DNA of 59,245 bases, filler included, from Catajapyx aquilonaris (lineage: Eukaryota), in NCBI GenBank assembly GCA_000934665.2. It is 2 parts of 2 records of this genome, joined end to end, with 100 filler letters (N's around TTAATTAATTAA, not from the genome) between each part and the next. Parts side by side here need not be neighbours in the genome. Positions count along the whole stretch, not along the records: positions 1 to 29,521 come from JYFJ02004778.1; 1 more part is not named here. One strand, 5' to 3'. The notes beneath the pieces were generated by a model. The model did not search any database, was not told the DNA's origin, and worked only from the letters and a program-made list of their open reading frames with translations. Position numbers and translations under genes: made by a program. This document shows, in pieces, positions 1 to 11,739 of the stretch; position 1 is the first letter of the stretch, and every line of letters starts with the position of its first letter.

Positions 1-870
1 CCAAGAACGCCTTAAGTCGGATTTGTATGTAACTTGGATCCCTGATGCACGGCACATGTACAGTAATAAACATAATAGCCACTAGCATAAAGATGCTGTG
101 CTAACGAACTGCTGACCCCATGTGAGTTTCTTTACATGCATGGAAGAAAGTCGTTCCTGAATTATTTTTATCAGTCAAATATGAACCAGTTGAACCTGCA
201 ATCCGACTACATTTTTGTTGAGAAATGAAAAATATTCTGAACAGCGCTCAAAATACAGTTGAGGCGCTCGGAGGAAGAACGCCATAACCCAACCGACCTC
301 CAATTTTGAGATTGTAACTGTTGTACTCTCCTTCCATCTACCTTTCATGTGAAGTACCAAATGAATTGGGATATGTCAAAGCTCACATATTCCACTTGTA
401 AAAGTTGTCCGTAGTGGAAACACATACACAAACCAAGCACAAAAATCCATTTTTTTCAAAATGAACTCCAGTTGGGATATGCTGTTCATGTTCTTCCTCT
501 TAGCGCCTCCGTTTATTCAGCTGATTCAGGTCAACTAAATTATGAGACATCGGGCTTTGGTAATTTTGTGCCTTGGCCTTCTTGTGTGTGTGTTCTGTCC
601 CTTAATCTAATCAATTGCATAATCTTTCATGTTTGTGCAACTTGTGACACAACTTATACTCAAGGCATGATGTCCCTATATCCTACTGAGTCCTTTTTTG
701 AGGCTGCAAATGGAAGATATGATTTTTTCGTGTTTTAAACTGGTGATAGCACATGTCTGCATGTGAAGTCATGAGTAACCTTACTTCAACAATGAATGCG
801 TTGCCTGGATGTTTGTTGGTTGATGTTGCCTTTCATAACCACTCCTGGTGCTTGTGTTGCTGTCAGATAT

Positions 871-1216
871 TTATTTTATTGTATTTTATTTTATTTAGTT
901 TACCCCGTGATGACCCTTATGGGTGCTATAGGGGGGTGGCATACCACCATCAGTTTTCTGTATATATATTTTCTGCTTCATTCACCGGTGCAAGGAAACA
1001 GGGACAATGGGAAAGGATAGGGATTTTTGGGGAGGGAACATGGGTGCAAGGTGCATGTGCTGTTCCCCAGGAGGTTAGGTTGCCAGACACCTCCTTGGTG
1101 CAGGTCAGAGACCCTCCTGACGCAGGTGAAAGGAAAGTTCCCCAGGCGGGGATCGAACCTGGGGCCTTTCACTCAGCAAGCCGTGACGTTACCATCTCGG
1201 CCACCACACCTCCCCA
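871..1216 (-). mobile_element. tRNA-derived SINE (family A), full length
   Basis: On the minus strand the head has A box TGGCCGAGATGG and B box GGTTCGATCC, with an A-rich tail at 871-900. A 14-bp TSD ttgctgtcagatat lies at 857-870 and 1217-1230. A second copy is at 30830-31199. Confidence 0.92.
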
Positions 1217-1276
1217 TTGCTGTCAGATATGACTATATCCAATGGGAAGGATTTTGCATTGCTTTCTGTACCATTT

Positions 1277-1277
1277 A

Positions 1278-1329
<52 letters not shown>

Positions 1330-1621
1330 TGATACCCCATTATCGGCCCTTTAGGCTTTATTAGTGGGGGATTTCTCCCAATTTTTTTTTTGTCTGGAAC
1401 TCTTTCCATTTTTACTATACTTTTCATCGGAATTGAGGCAAGGATAGGTAAGGAAGGAAGCGGCTGTGGCCTATAATTACGGTAACGACCCCGGAATTAT
1501 CCTGCAGTGACCATGGGAAACCACAGAAAACCATGATCAGGGTCGCCGGCCTCCGGGATTCGAACCCAGGACCTCCCGATTAGCAGTCGGACACCATACC
1601 ACTACACCACTACTGCTTCGG
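1277..1621 (-). mobile_element. tRNA-derived SINE (family B), full length
   Basis: B box GGTTCGAATCCC on the minus strand, trinucleotide tail at 1277-1328, and an 18-bp TSD ttgctttctgtaccattt at 1259-1276 and 1622-1639. Related copies lie at 17390-17660 and 54553-54862. Confidence 0.92.
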
Positions 1622-1725
1622 TTGCTTTCTGTACCATTTCCATGGCCATGAAACTCAAATAAGAGTGTCCAGCGAGAATTGAAAGGGGGTGTGGTCAGGG
1701 CATCGGAACTCATCCATATGCAGTA

Positions 1726-2009
1726 CAGTGCTGGACATTAATTCCGACGTATACTGCTAGAGACATTTTCCGATGCGACAGAAGTGCAAAGTGAAGTGAT
1801 GGAGTGCGAACCGTGAGTAAGAAATAGAAGGTCTTGGGTGACGTCACCGGTTGTGGACAGTCCCTTTTCTCCATTGCACCCAGCTAGTGACGTCACCCAA
1901 GGCCTACTTTTTCTTACTCGCACGGTTCACACTCCATCACTTCGCTTTGCACTTTCTGCCACATAGGAAAATGTCGCTAGAGGTACGATGGAATTGATGT
2001 CCAGCACTG
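1726..2009. mobile_element. Tc1/mariner-type MITE (foldback)
   Basis: About 120-bp imperfect inverted arms starting CAGTGCTGGACA and ending TGTCCAGCACTG, flanked by TA on both sides. Confidence 0.85.
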
Positions 2010-2368
2010 TACATCAGTAGGTCTGACCAATTGTTATAAATAATAGTTTGGGGTCACACCAAAGCTGGACTGAGGTAGTGACCCTTCTGGGAATATGATA
2101 TTCCCTTGTGGTGGCTTGATATGCTGACTGAAACCAGCCCACTTTGATTTGTTTACCAAAGTGGTTGATGAAATTATAATACAGTAGAACCCTTATTATC
2201 CATCACCCACGGGACTGGGGCATTGTCGGATACCAGAAAAGGTCAGATAATCCAAGGAGCAAAGGAAACCACAACAAAAAGCATATAAAATCATGAAATC
2301 ATGTCCAATATTACGTGTTTTTAAGAAAGAGTGAAGTATTTATCTTTTACGTACACATTCTGCTGTTT

Positions 2369-2729
2369 ATAAAAAATAGGCAGTAAAACTGCAGAAAACT
2401 ATTCTTCCTCTGGGTGAGATTAAAAGTAAGAAACAAGTCCATAGGTGGGGGTTGGTTCGTGTCATAGGGATGTGTGATAATCAAATTTAATTCAAAACAT
2501 TCGTGCTTTGGATCTGGGAAGAATTAGGCAGAGTATGAGATGCGGAGGAGTACATAAAAGCGATATCTGCCTAATTCTTCCCAGCCCCAAAGCACGAATG
2601 TTTTGAATTAAATTTAATTATCACACATCCCCATGACATGAACCAACCCCCACCTATGGACTTGTTTCTTACTTTTAATCTCACCCATAGGAAGAATAGT
2701 TTTCTGCAGTTTTACTGCCTATTTTTTAT
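2369..2729. repeat. Long inverted repeat / foldback element
   Basis: About 164-bp near-identical arms (2369-2532 and 2566-2729) around a 33-bp spacer. Confidence 0.9.
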
Positions 2730-3344
2730 TTAATTCTTTTCATCATCAGAATAAAGTAATAGGGCACTCAGGGGTCACTGATGACATCTTGAACGTCACT
2801 TATCGCAGCCGCGGCACTGTTTCTATGGTGTTGAGACTTATATTTGCGCATTTGTCTAATCATGGAAGGCATATTGAACTGTTGTTATTAGCCGAATAAT
2901 ACCTGAACCATTTTATCTGCGGACCCTAGGCAGACTGATACATCCGCCGATGCCTGAATTTGCCGCCCCTTGAAATCTGCCGCCCCAGGCAACTGCCTAG
3001 GTTGCCTTGCCGTAAATCCGGCGCTGGTCATGATGAGTTTCTCTGTGGGGCAGAAGAGAGCGAGAGCCACAAAACGGACACTATCGAAATTGCCGCGTAA
3101 CTCAAAAAGTAAAGGCTTTTTTCAAAAAACGGTAGGCAGAAGGGCACCTCCTGGGAAGATTGGGGTTCTAATCACACATTGTATGACCCTCTACGACGCA
3201 CCGTTTAGGCTGTACCCTTGTCAGAGTAATGACACTTTTTTGAACTTTGACCCCGGCTAGTGACCCCGGTAATGTTCCTAGTTGTTGTTTATCTATCTAA
3301 AGTTGGTAACTGGAGTGAGCGGAGTGTAAATATTGTTTCCGATT

Positions 3345-3604
3345 AGGGCGACACGGTGGCCGAGTGGTTAGCGCCACAGCCTTCCACCTCTCAGGTCCCG
3401 AGTTCGATCCCCGGGACGGACGGAGGATGCTTATGTGGATAGAGTTTCGATGGGTTCTCTCCGTGTTCGCGTGGGTTTTCTCGGGGTTCTCCCGTTTCCT
3501 CCCACTCTCAAAATCCATCACATTACAGGCAAATTATTAAAGTCAGTTATTCAAAAGATGATCCCCTAAGAGGCCCAAGGGGCCTATCACGGGGTATCCA
3601 TTAT
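3345..3604 (+). mobile_element. tRNA-derived SINE with V-domain-like core (V-SINE)
   Basis: A box TGGCCGAGTGG and B box GAGTTCGATCC. The central segment TTCTCTCCGTGTTCGCGTGGGTTTTCTCGGGGTTCTCCCGTTTCCTCCCAC resembles the V-SINE conserved domain. A 15-bp TSD atattgtttccgatt lies at 3330-3344 and 3605-3619. Confidence 0.85.
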
Positions 3605-4256
3605 ATATTGTTTCCGATTTGAAATCGATTAACCCGATCGCGAGTTATGAAGTCGGCAAATTAACATTGGGAGCGTAGCGATTCCATACTATTCGTTTTC
3701 ACGGGCCCTCTGGGCCCTGTCATGCCAGTTGCCCCGCGAAGCGTGAAAGTGAGAGATTTGAATGGGCGTGTATTTGATAAAATTGGTAGCGCTTTTTCCT
3801 AAAAAATCATGAATTAGTAATTTTTAATGCTATTTCAAACTGTCCTGTATATCGTCGCAGTCCGGACAAAATTACATCGCAGTCCGGATCCGGACCTCGG
3901 TCCGCCAGTTGAATAGCCCTGATCTATAGTAATGGTAGTGAGAGGCACTGGGGTGAAAGAGTTGGAAGTCTTTTCCTCACATTTTAACTGGGCTAATGAC
4001 ATTTTTAGTGCCATACATCACTTTTCAGATACTATGGATACATGTGGACACATTCCATATAATTATTTGCTCAAAAATTTTGGATTCAGAAACAGTGGTC
4101 CAGTGAGGAGTTGAAACCCTCAGCTCCAGATTTCATAGTTCCAATCAGTTCCCATGTATTATTCTTGGCAGTATTACAGCAAGTAATACGCAAGGATAGA
4201 GTAGGCTCTGTCTCAAACATGGACCAGGCAGGCTGAAGGATAGGCGTGTATCCGCA

Positions 4257-4346
4257 AGGAAGGAAGGAAGGAAGGAAGGAAGGAAGGAAGGAAGGAAGGA
4301 AGGGTAGGTTAGGATGGGATGGGATGGGATAGGTTAGGTTAGGTTG
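4257..4346. repeat. Compound microsatellite (GGAA)n/(GGGAT)n/(TTAGG)n
   Basis: Seen directly in the sequence. Confidence 0.95.
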
Positions 4347-4636
4347 GTACAGCTTACCCCTTCCCCTGCCACATTTGGTCTGTCATTATGAAATCCAAAA
4401 AATCAATACTTGCAGCCTTGCATTTGCGACACAGCCACTGCCTCCGGCCACTACCCAACCTCCTGCCTTCCAAGGCTGTCAACCCTACTCCTTCCATGAG
4501 CAATAGGCCCAATCAGGAGTCATTCGTATGATTGCTACTTTATCCTACAACAGAAAGCTCTTTCATGATGCCTGCAATGTATTGTCTAACATGTCACTTT
4601 ATATTTCTGTGCTGTTTAAGTTTACTTTATTTTCAG

Positions 4637-4725
4637 GCAAAATGAAAGGATTGGCCTTCATTAAGGACCCTGATGGCTATTGGATTGAAATACTTTCTGC
4701 TAATAAAATGGCCACTATCCAGTAA
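4637..4725 (+). CDS. GLO1: Glyoxalase I (lactoylglutathione lyase), last coding exon
   Basis: Acceptor ttttcag at 4630-4636. The exon encodes (G)[28 protein letters not shown], nearly identical to the animal GLO1 C-terminus including the DPDGYWIE catalytic Glu motif. Earlier exons were not found in the window. Confidence 0.95.
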
Positions 4726-4803
4726 ATACAAATGTACATCAAGATTTGACCATCACTGGGATATTTTGGAAAAAGAACTGCTTGAACAAGAGATCATATT
4801 TTC

Positions 4804-4809
4804 AATAAA
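4804..4809 (+). terminator. Putative polyadenylation signal of GLO1
   Basis: AATAAA about 80 nt after the stop codon. Confidence 0.55.
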
Positions 4810-5052
4810 GTGAAATGAAGTTATTGATGAGCCAGATGCTACACTTTTTTAAATGCAAGTGACCTTCTTACCTTGTCATGGCTTCACCCTGGTAAGTCAC
4901 ATGTTGGGAGTGGAGCCTAGCCTCCCCTCACTGGAGGAGTCAGCTATGTGAGTTGGTATCCAGTCTGGATTAGGATGTGGGAAATCCAGTTCCGTCCACT
5001 GCCGCTACTTTGTACGTTGGCACATTTTAACATTTACCTCCTCGCATCTAAG

Positions 5053-6405
5053 ATGAATAAACACAATCATGTAGTACCGGTTAATTCAGAAGTGGACCCG
5101 GAATGGAAGGCTAGTTTCACAGGAGATACATGCAATATATGTGGCAAATTAATTGTAAGCATAAGGGGGAAAAAATTTCACTACAACGATCACAAAGGAA
5201 TTACGTGTGAGCCATTCACGTGTGAGGCATGTGGGCTGGGATTCTTTAGTAGGCCTAAGCAGCGTCTGAAGCAACACAAAGAAGCTTACTTGCGGGAGCC
5301 TGACTCCGTCTCGTCATCTCATGTGGCGTATAATAGAAAATTGGCTCCTGAATGGAAGGCAATACATGCAATATATGTGGCAAAGTAATTGTAAACGTAA
5401 AGTGGAAAAGATGTCACTACATCAATCACAAAGGGATCAAGCCATTCAAGTGTGACAAAATGTGGGAAGGGATTCATTGCAAAGGCGCGTCTGAAATCTC
5501 ACCTCGAAGGTTGTGGGGAACTAACTCCTTATGATGGTTCATTAGCTGTTAGCGGAATCAAGGTAAAATGGAACGATAAAGCCATCAAGTCATTTTTGGA
5601 AGCACGTAAAAATGCTTTGCCAGCACATGAAGCTGCTCCGATCGAGTTACCTTTGCCAGCACATACAGATGCTCTGGTCACGTTATCTTTGCCATCACAT
5701 ACAGATGCACCAATCAAGGTGCGTAGCAATGCTCCCAAGACGGAGGGGAATAAACCACTTGAATGTGAGTTCTGTGGAAAGCCTTTTACCTTCAAGTCTC
5801 GCTTGGATTATCACATGTTGAGCCACACAGGAGGAAAGTCATTCGTATGGGATGTATGCAACAAGGGGTTTCGCTTTAAAAATTCACTTCAGTTTCACAA
5901 TAGAACGTGTGTGAAGGAGGGGGAGATTCCTTTGGGCGTTAAGAAACGATACGTGTGCGAAACATGTGGAAAAGGATTTAAAAGAAGGTATATATGGATA
6001 TGCCGATCATCTCTTTACTCATACAGAAATAAGGCCATATATGTGTGAGATATGTTCCAAGTCTTTTATAATATAAAACCACTTTTGATGCCCATCGTTA
6101 CATCCACACTGGAGAGAAGCCGCATTTGTGTGACGTATGTGGGATGTCTTTCAGGCTCAGGGATCAGTTGAAGCAACATCTACATGCGCCACACTGGGGA
6201 GAAGCCATACAGATGTGACATATTTATGTGATAAAAGACTTCGCCTGAAAGGCGGGCTGGTTGTCCATTGCAGGATGCACACTGGGGAGAAACCCTTTCA
6301 TTGCGACACATGCGGGAAGAAATTCCTGATTGGATCAGCACTTCGGAGCCACAAGAAAACCCACAAACCCGAGAAAGTCGAGTTCACATGCAACTCTTGT
6401 GGGCA
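5053..6405 (+). pseudogene. C2H2 zinc-finger pseudogene unit A
   Basis: C-x2-C...H-x3-H fingers and HTGEKP linkers are spread over several frames (ORFs 4948-5388, 5352-5534, 5452-6048, 6137-6451). There are at least five frameshifts and some Cys/His losses. Confidence 0.88.
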
Positions 6406-6429
6406 CGACACGCCGCCTAATTCTACTAT

Positions 6430-7876
6430 ATTGCCCTGTGTAGTCAGTTAATTCAAAAGTGGCCACTGAATGGCAGGCAAGTTTCACAGGAGATAAGTGC
6501 AATTTATGTAGCAAGATAGTAGAAGGAGTTAATTCGCAAAAACGTCACTACGACAACCACAAAACGAACAAGCCATTTGTATGTGAGACATGTGGGAAGA
6601 GATGCGTTGGTAAGGATAGTCTGAAACATCACATGGACATTCACTTGCTGGAATATTTTGCCAACTCGTTATCTAAAGCGACCAGTAATAGGAAAATGCC
6701 TGCCACGTGGAAGACAAGTTTCACGGGAGATGCATGCAATGTATGTGGCAAGATAGTAAAAGACATTAATTTGCAAAAATGTCATTACAAATATCACAAA
6801 GGGATCAAGCCACATACATGTGAGACATGTGGGAAGGGATATGATACTAAGTGGAGTCTGAAAATCCACAAAGAAGTTCACTTGCTGCTACATTCTGCCA
6901 ACTCTCAAGAGGCAAGTCATAGAGAATTGGCTGCTGAATGGAAGGCAAGTTACACCGGAAAGAATTGCAACGTATGTGGCAAGGATGTGAGTGAGAGGAG
7001 GCGAAAATGTCACTACTTCATTCATAAAGGGATGAAGCCGTATAAGTGTGACAAATGTGGGAAGGGATTTGTTAGCAGGATAAGCAGAGTGTGAAATATC
7101 ACCTCGTGGGACGTAAGGGACGACCTCCTTGTGATGGTTCAATACCTGCTACAGGGTTATTTGAATGTGAATTCTGTGGAAATACTTTTTCTGGCAAGGC
7201 TCGCTTGGATCGTCATGTATTGAGTCACAAAGGAGTCAAGTTATTTACATGTGATGTACAAAGGGTATCGTCTTAGTCGTTCCCTTTGGTTTCACAAGAG
7301 GACCTGCGTGAAGGAGGGGGGTGTTCAGGAGCTATTTGTGTGTGAGACATGCGGAAAAACATTTGCGAGAAAGTATTCATTTATCTGTCATCGCATAACA
7401 CATGGGCAAAAGAGGCCATATATTTGTGAGGTATGTGGAAAGTCATTTATTTGGAAGTCCGCTTATGTTAAACATCGAACATTCATACTGGAGAGAAACC
7501 GCATTTATGTGATGTATGTGGGAATTCTTTCCGGTCCGGGTTTGAGTTGACACAACATTACATGCGCCACACTGAGGAGAAGCCATACAAATGTGACTTA
7601 TGTGATCGACACTTCCGCCAGAGAGCAGGGCTGGTTGCCCATCGCAGGATACACACTGGGGAGAAACCCTATCAGTGCGACACATGCGGGAAGAATTTCA
7701 GAACGTTTTCGGCACTCCTGGGACATAAGAATACCCACAACCCAGAAAAGGTCAAGTTCAAATGCAACTCTTGCGGGACAATATATTTGCGCAAGACCCG
7801 GTTGAAGAAGCACACGTGTGTCGCTGAAGAAGGAACAGTCGTCTCGGAGGGACTGGTTGACCAAGAACTAAATTAG
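6430..7876 (+). pseudogene. C2H2 zinc-finger pseudogene unit B (tandem paralog of unit A)
   Basis: Same order of blocks as unit A (EW-x-ASFTG modules, CEFCG, TCVKEG, HTGEKP fingers, TH-x-PEKV-x-F-x-CNSCG). Three frameshifts near 7090, 7255 and 7480, a stop at 7876, and AATAAA near 7963. Confidence 0.88.
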
Positions 7877-8360
7877 AAACTAGTACATTGTGATTATTAT
7901 TAATCATAATCAACTCTACGATCTTAGTCGCAGTGTATAATTATGGCCTTTACAAAAAAATAAATAAAGTTGTACAGTATGTGCATATCAATATTGCTGT
8001 CTGAATGAATTTTTTAAAATAATTATTTAATTTTAATATCAGCATCATAGGTCTAGAAAAATGCATCTTCAACATTTTGCATTTAGTGCTATGAATTTTG
8101 GCATGACTGTACAAAAATAGTTGCCAATTTCCTTTTTGTGTTGATGGTGTCTGTTACTTTTTGTCGCCTAGTTTCGCCTAGTTTCACTCCAGTTTCCTGG
8201 AAGGCGATTAGTGCAGAAAACTGCTCAACTGGAGCGGAAAGGTACAGTCCAGGCAGTCCCACAGATGCGTGCCAATCAGGCAGTGACACACTCTAATATC
8301 ACTGCAGGTACATGGTGATTGAAGAGGATCAGCCGAGGGCAGCACCACCAGTTCCAAAGG

Positions 8361-10201
8361 ATGGCTCCAAACGCCGAAGAGATCAGGAGGTGCGTGGTGC
8401 CAATGTGCACCAGCAACTGTTGCGGAGGGGATTCCGGAGGAGGGACGTCCTTCTTCTCCTTCCCCAGCCACGAGAAGCTGCGGATGATGTGGATGTGGTC
8501 GATCCTCAAGCCAGACCATTCCTTGGTCTGCTCTAGACATTTTGACGAATCAGACCTGGTGTCATCTGGAAAAGAAGGATTGACCTTGAAGGAAAAGGCC
8601 GTTCCATTGCTCAACTTGCCGCAACCTACTTCAAGACCACCGACGGAAAATGTCCAGCGTTTACAACAAGGTTAGAACATACTTCGCATGCAAACCATGT
8701 CTAATCATAACCTGAGAAGCACTTGCATGACAACAAATTAACCTGTAAGTGACGAATCATGCATTTTTTGCATTTGGTTTACCTGTTACAATATGCACAT
8801 TTCCTCAATTAGCCGAAACACAACTGGCTCCAAGTCTGACAAGTGTTCCTCTAAATCTTTCAGCAGCAGAAGCAGACCTAACCACATCAACATCCCAGTT
8901 GATTGACTTCACCACAGGACCTTCAGATGAAGAGTGGGATGCTTTTGATGAGTCACCAGAATCCACTGAAAGGACAGGAGAACCAGCAGAAGACACACTT
9001 CCAGGAGTCCAGAGTGAAACTTCCACAAGCGGAAGAAGTCGTGAAGTACAAGATTGCAGAAAGGAACAAGATGATGGGTAGGTTGATTGCAATATATTTT
9101 TACATATCTCTATTAGCACAACATTTTCAGCAATAAAAATTAGCATAACGTAACCCCCTCCAGGAAAAAAAATGTAATTCATTTTACTGGAGGTTATTGG
9201 CATCTTTATTGCATATTGTCAGTAACACATTGCAACATTGCATTATTATTCATGTGAATATCTCTGCCCGAATAGGCAGATCATAACTGACTTTCACTCG
9301 TTCATCTTGCATTGATAGGAACAACTTCCACTTTCGAAAGAGTTTTTTAAAAATTATCCTGGAAAGGAGCTATTCTTAGACACACTGTGTATTTACCAAA
9401 GGATTAATGACTTACCCTCTTTGCAGGAACTCGGACAACATTGTCCCATCCCAGCTGGAATCTCAATCGACGGTTACCTTCTCACTGGAAGGGGTCAATG
9501 CAGCATCTCAGAAGGAATGGGAAGATTATGTGCATGCATCCATCGACATGGATCATCCTTATGCGCAATGCAAGGCAACCCAGTTCAAGTGCAGATTGTG
9601 CCGTTTGACTTTCAATACCTCAATTTCAATCACCTCCAAGGATGCTGTGGCCAGTCATATTTGCATCATTTCTACCAATGACCAGCTTGCAGTGGAGGGT
9701 ATGCCAAGCAAGGGTGACCAATCCGCTGTCCCAAGTGTTACACACAAAGTTGTTGAGTCAAAGAGTTACGTGGAATTCCAACCTTCTAATGTAATTCTAT
9801 TGCCCCATTCAGTACCGCTTGATTCAAAATTGGTTCCTGAATGGATGGCAAGTTTCACAGGAGATAAATGCAATATATGTGGCAAAGTAATAGAATGGAT
9901 TGATTTACAAGAATGTCACTACAACAGCAACCACAAAATTACCGAGCGACATGTATGTGAGACGTGTGGGATTGGATTTGTTGCTGAGGAAACTCTGAAA
10001 AAGCACAAGGCCATTGTTCACTTTCCGGACTCTTCAGCCAGCTCGTTATCTCCTGTGGGAAGTAATAGAGAATTGGCTCCTGAATGGAAGGCAAGCTTTA
10101 CCGGAAAGAAATGCAACTTACGTGGCAAGGACGTGAGTGACAAGAAGTGGCGAAAATGTCACTACTACAATCACGAAGGGATCAAGCCGTACAAGTGTTA
10201 G
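8361..10201 (+). CDS. THAP-domain / C2H2 zinc-finger gene, predicted exons 8361-8670, 8813-9077, 9427-10201; 3' end damaged
   Basis: Exon 1 has the THAP signature (CVVPMC...FP...W...CSRHF...AVP). GT-AG introns join in frame (phases 1 and 2). DHPY motif at 9551-9562, two EW-x-ASFTG zinc-finger modules, then a premature TAG inside YKC*TCGKGF. Confidence 0.75.
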
Positions 10202-10615
10202 ACATGTGGGAAGGGATTTTCTACTAATTACAAAAAGTGCATGAGTTGGTGGCAATCTCAGGCCGTCGCTTTGTTATTTTGACATGTTTGGAGACTTTTT
10301 AAGTCAAAATTTGTCCCATTTTTATGACAATTTTTATGAAATTTGTAACGTGCTAAGCAGGCAGACAGCCTTCTCCAGGAAATCCAGCTTGTTCCAGTGT
10401 AGTCTGCACTGGAGGAAACCATGGATATGAACGGTCCAAGTTCAGTACAAAAGAAGCAACAAAAACAAGCTGCATTGCAATTAATTACACTAATTACATA
10501 TGTAATCAATTACAACTGTTACAACAATAGATGTATGCATCTTTTTATTACCATAAATCCGCTCTTTCAAATGACGCATTGTTGCGCTTTTTCTAACCGA
10601 CCTATCCGTGTCAAG

Positions 10616-11122
10616 ATGGATTTTGACAAGCAGCTCATATTGGAAGTGAAGAAGCATCCGGTGCTGTACAACCTCAGGTTGAAGGAGTTCAGGGATTCGC
10701 ACAAGAAGGAGATGGTTTGGATGGGAGTCGCAGCCGTCCTGGGAGCAAAGGGTGAGAACGACCATGCCCCTTTTTTTGTGTGCGCCTAATTGAAAAGGCT
10801 ATTGCCTTCCAGTGGACGACTGCAAATTCAGATGGAAGAACCTGCGGGACAGGTTCGTCCGGATGAAAAAAGGAGGCAACGAGAGTGGTAGAAGCAACAG
10901 TGCGGATGCAGAGTCCTGGCCATTAATGACAACGTTGGTGTTCATGGATAGGTATATTTCGCATCGGTAAGCTTCGTATTCATCCGACGCTAACATGTAC
11001 TCATATTGCGCCCTTACAGGAAATCCAGGTACAGGAACCTTCTACTGAACCATGGAGGAATCCCGGCCCCTGTTGACCGTCCCATGATCTTGCTCAGCTG
11101 GAACTACAGTAACGGACCATAA
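10616..11122 (+). CDS. MADF (Adf-1-like) domain gene, predicted exons 10616-10751, 10813-10966, 11020-11122
   Basis: The spliced product MDFDKQLILEVKKHPVLYNLR...VWMGVAAVLGAKVDDCKFRWKNLRDRF...SWPLMTTLVFMDRY matches the MADF consensus. Two short GT-AG introns have compatible phases. Confidence 0.85.
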
Positions 11123-11739
11123 ACTGCATGAAAGTTACATAATCATGTACTCGTACGTAATTTCTTCACCATACTCCTCTGAAAGTTTGCGACTAATTAT
11201 TATCGAGCATGAAATCACATTTACAGTGAGCATTCAAATTGATCCACTGTTCAAACACGTGTGTTGGAGAGACAACTAATAGCCGTGAGGCACTGGATAG
11301 GAAAGTGGAATGTATCTGCTTAGCTAACATCGTTGTGTACATTAGTTTTCATTTTAACGGCTTCATTGCGAGTCAGGAAAAAGAGGTGTGTACTTTGCTC
11401 TCTTTAATTCTGCCGATTTATAGATGCAATAAATTGAAGCAATTACTGATTTTTTTTTTTTCATGTTGACGACAGTATACAGGATAAGTGAAAGCTGCTA
11501 GCAGTCCTGTCACATAATTTGGCATTGCCATATTATTTACACTTATACTGAGTGGTGTTCCGTACGTGTTCATGCGAGAATGACAGATCATTCTGCTCCT
11601 TTCTTTGACTCGAGGCCTTTTTCAATGATGCTAACCAAGTATGTTGCAGCCTTCTTCCATGCTTCGGTGGCTTCTGGAGTCATCAGCCTTAGTATGCAAT
11701 TTACAATAAAATCTGATACTGTATGAGACTAGAATTATT

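Noticed and set aside
3346..3420. tRNA genes (also near 1140-1216 and 1550-1621)
   Set aside because: They are SINE heads followed by body, tail and TSD, with no complete cloverleaf.
4300..4346. Telomeric TTAGG array
   Set aside because: Only a few units inside a compound microsatellite.
5053..7876. Programmed frameshifting or RNA editing restoring the zinc-finger ORFs
   Set aside because: Indels vary in size and context, lack a shared slippery motif, and co-occur with Cys/His losses. Ordinary decay or sequencing error is simpler.
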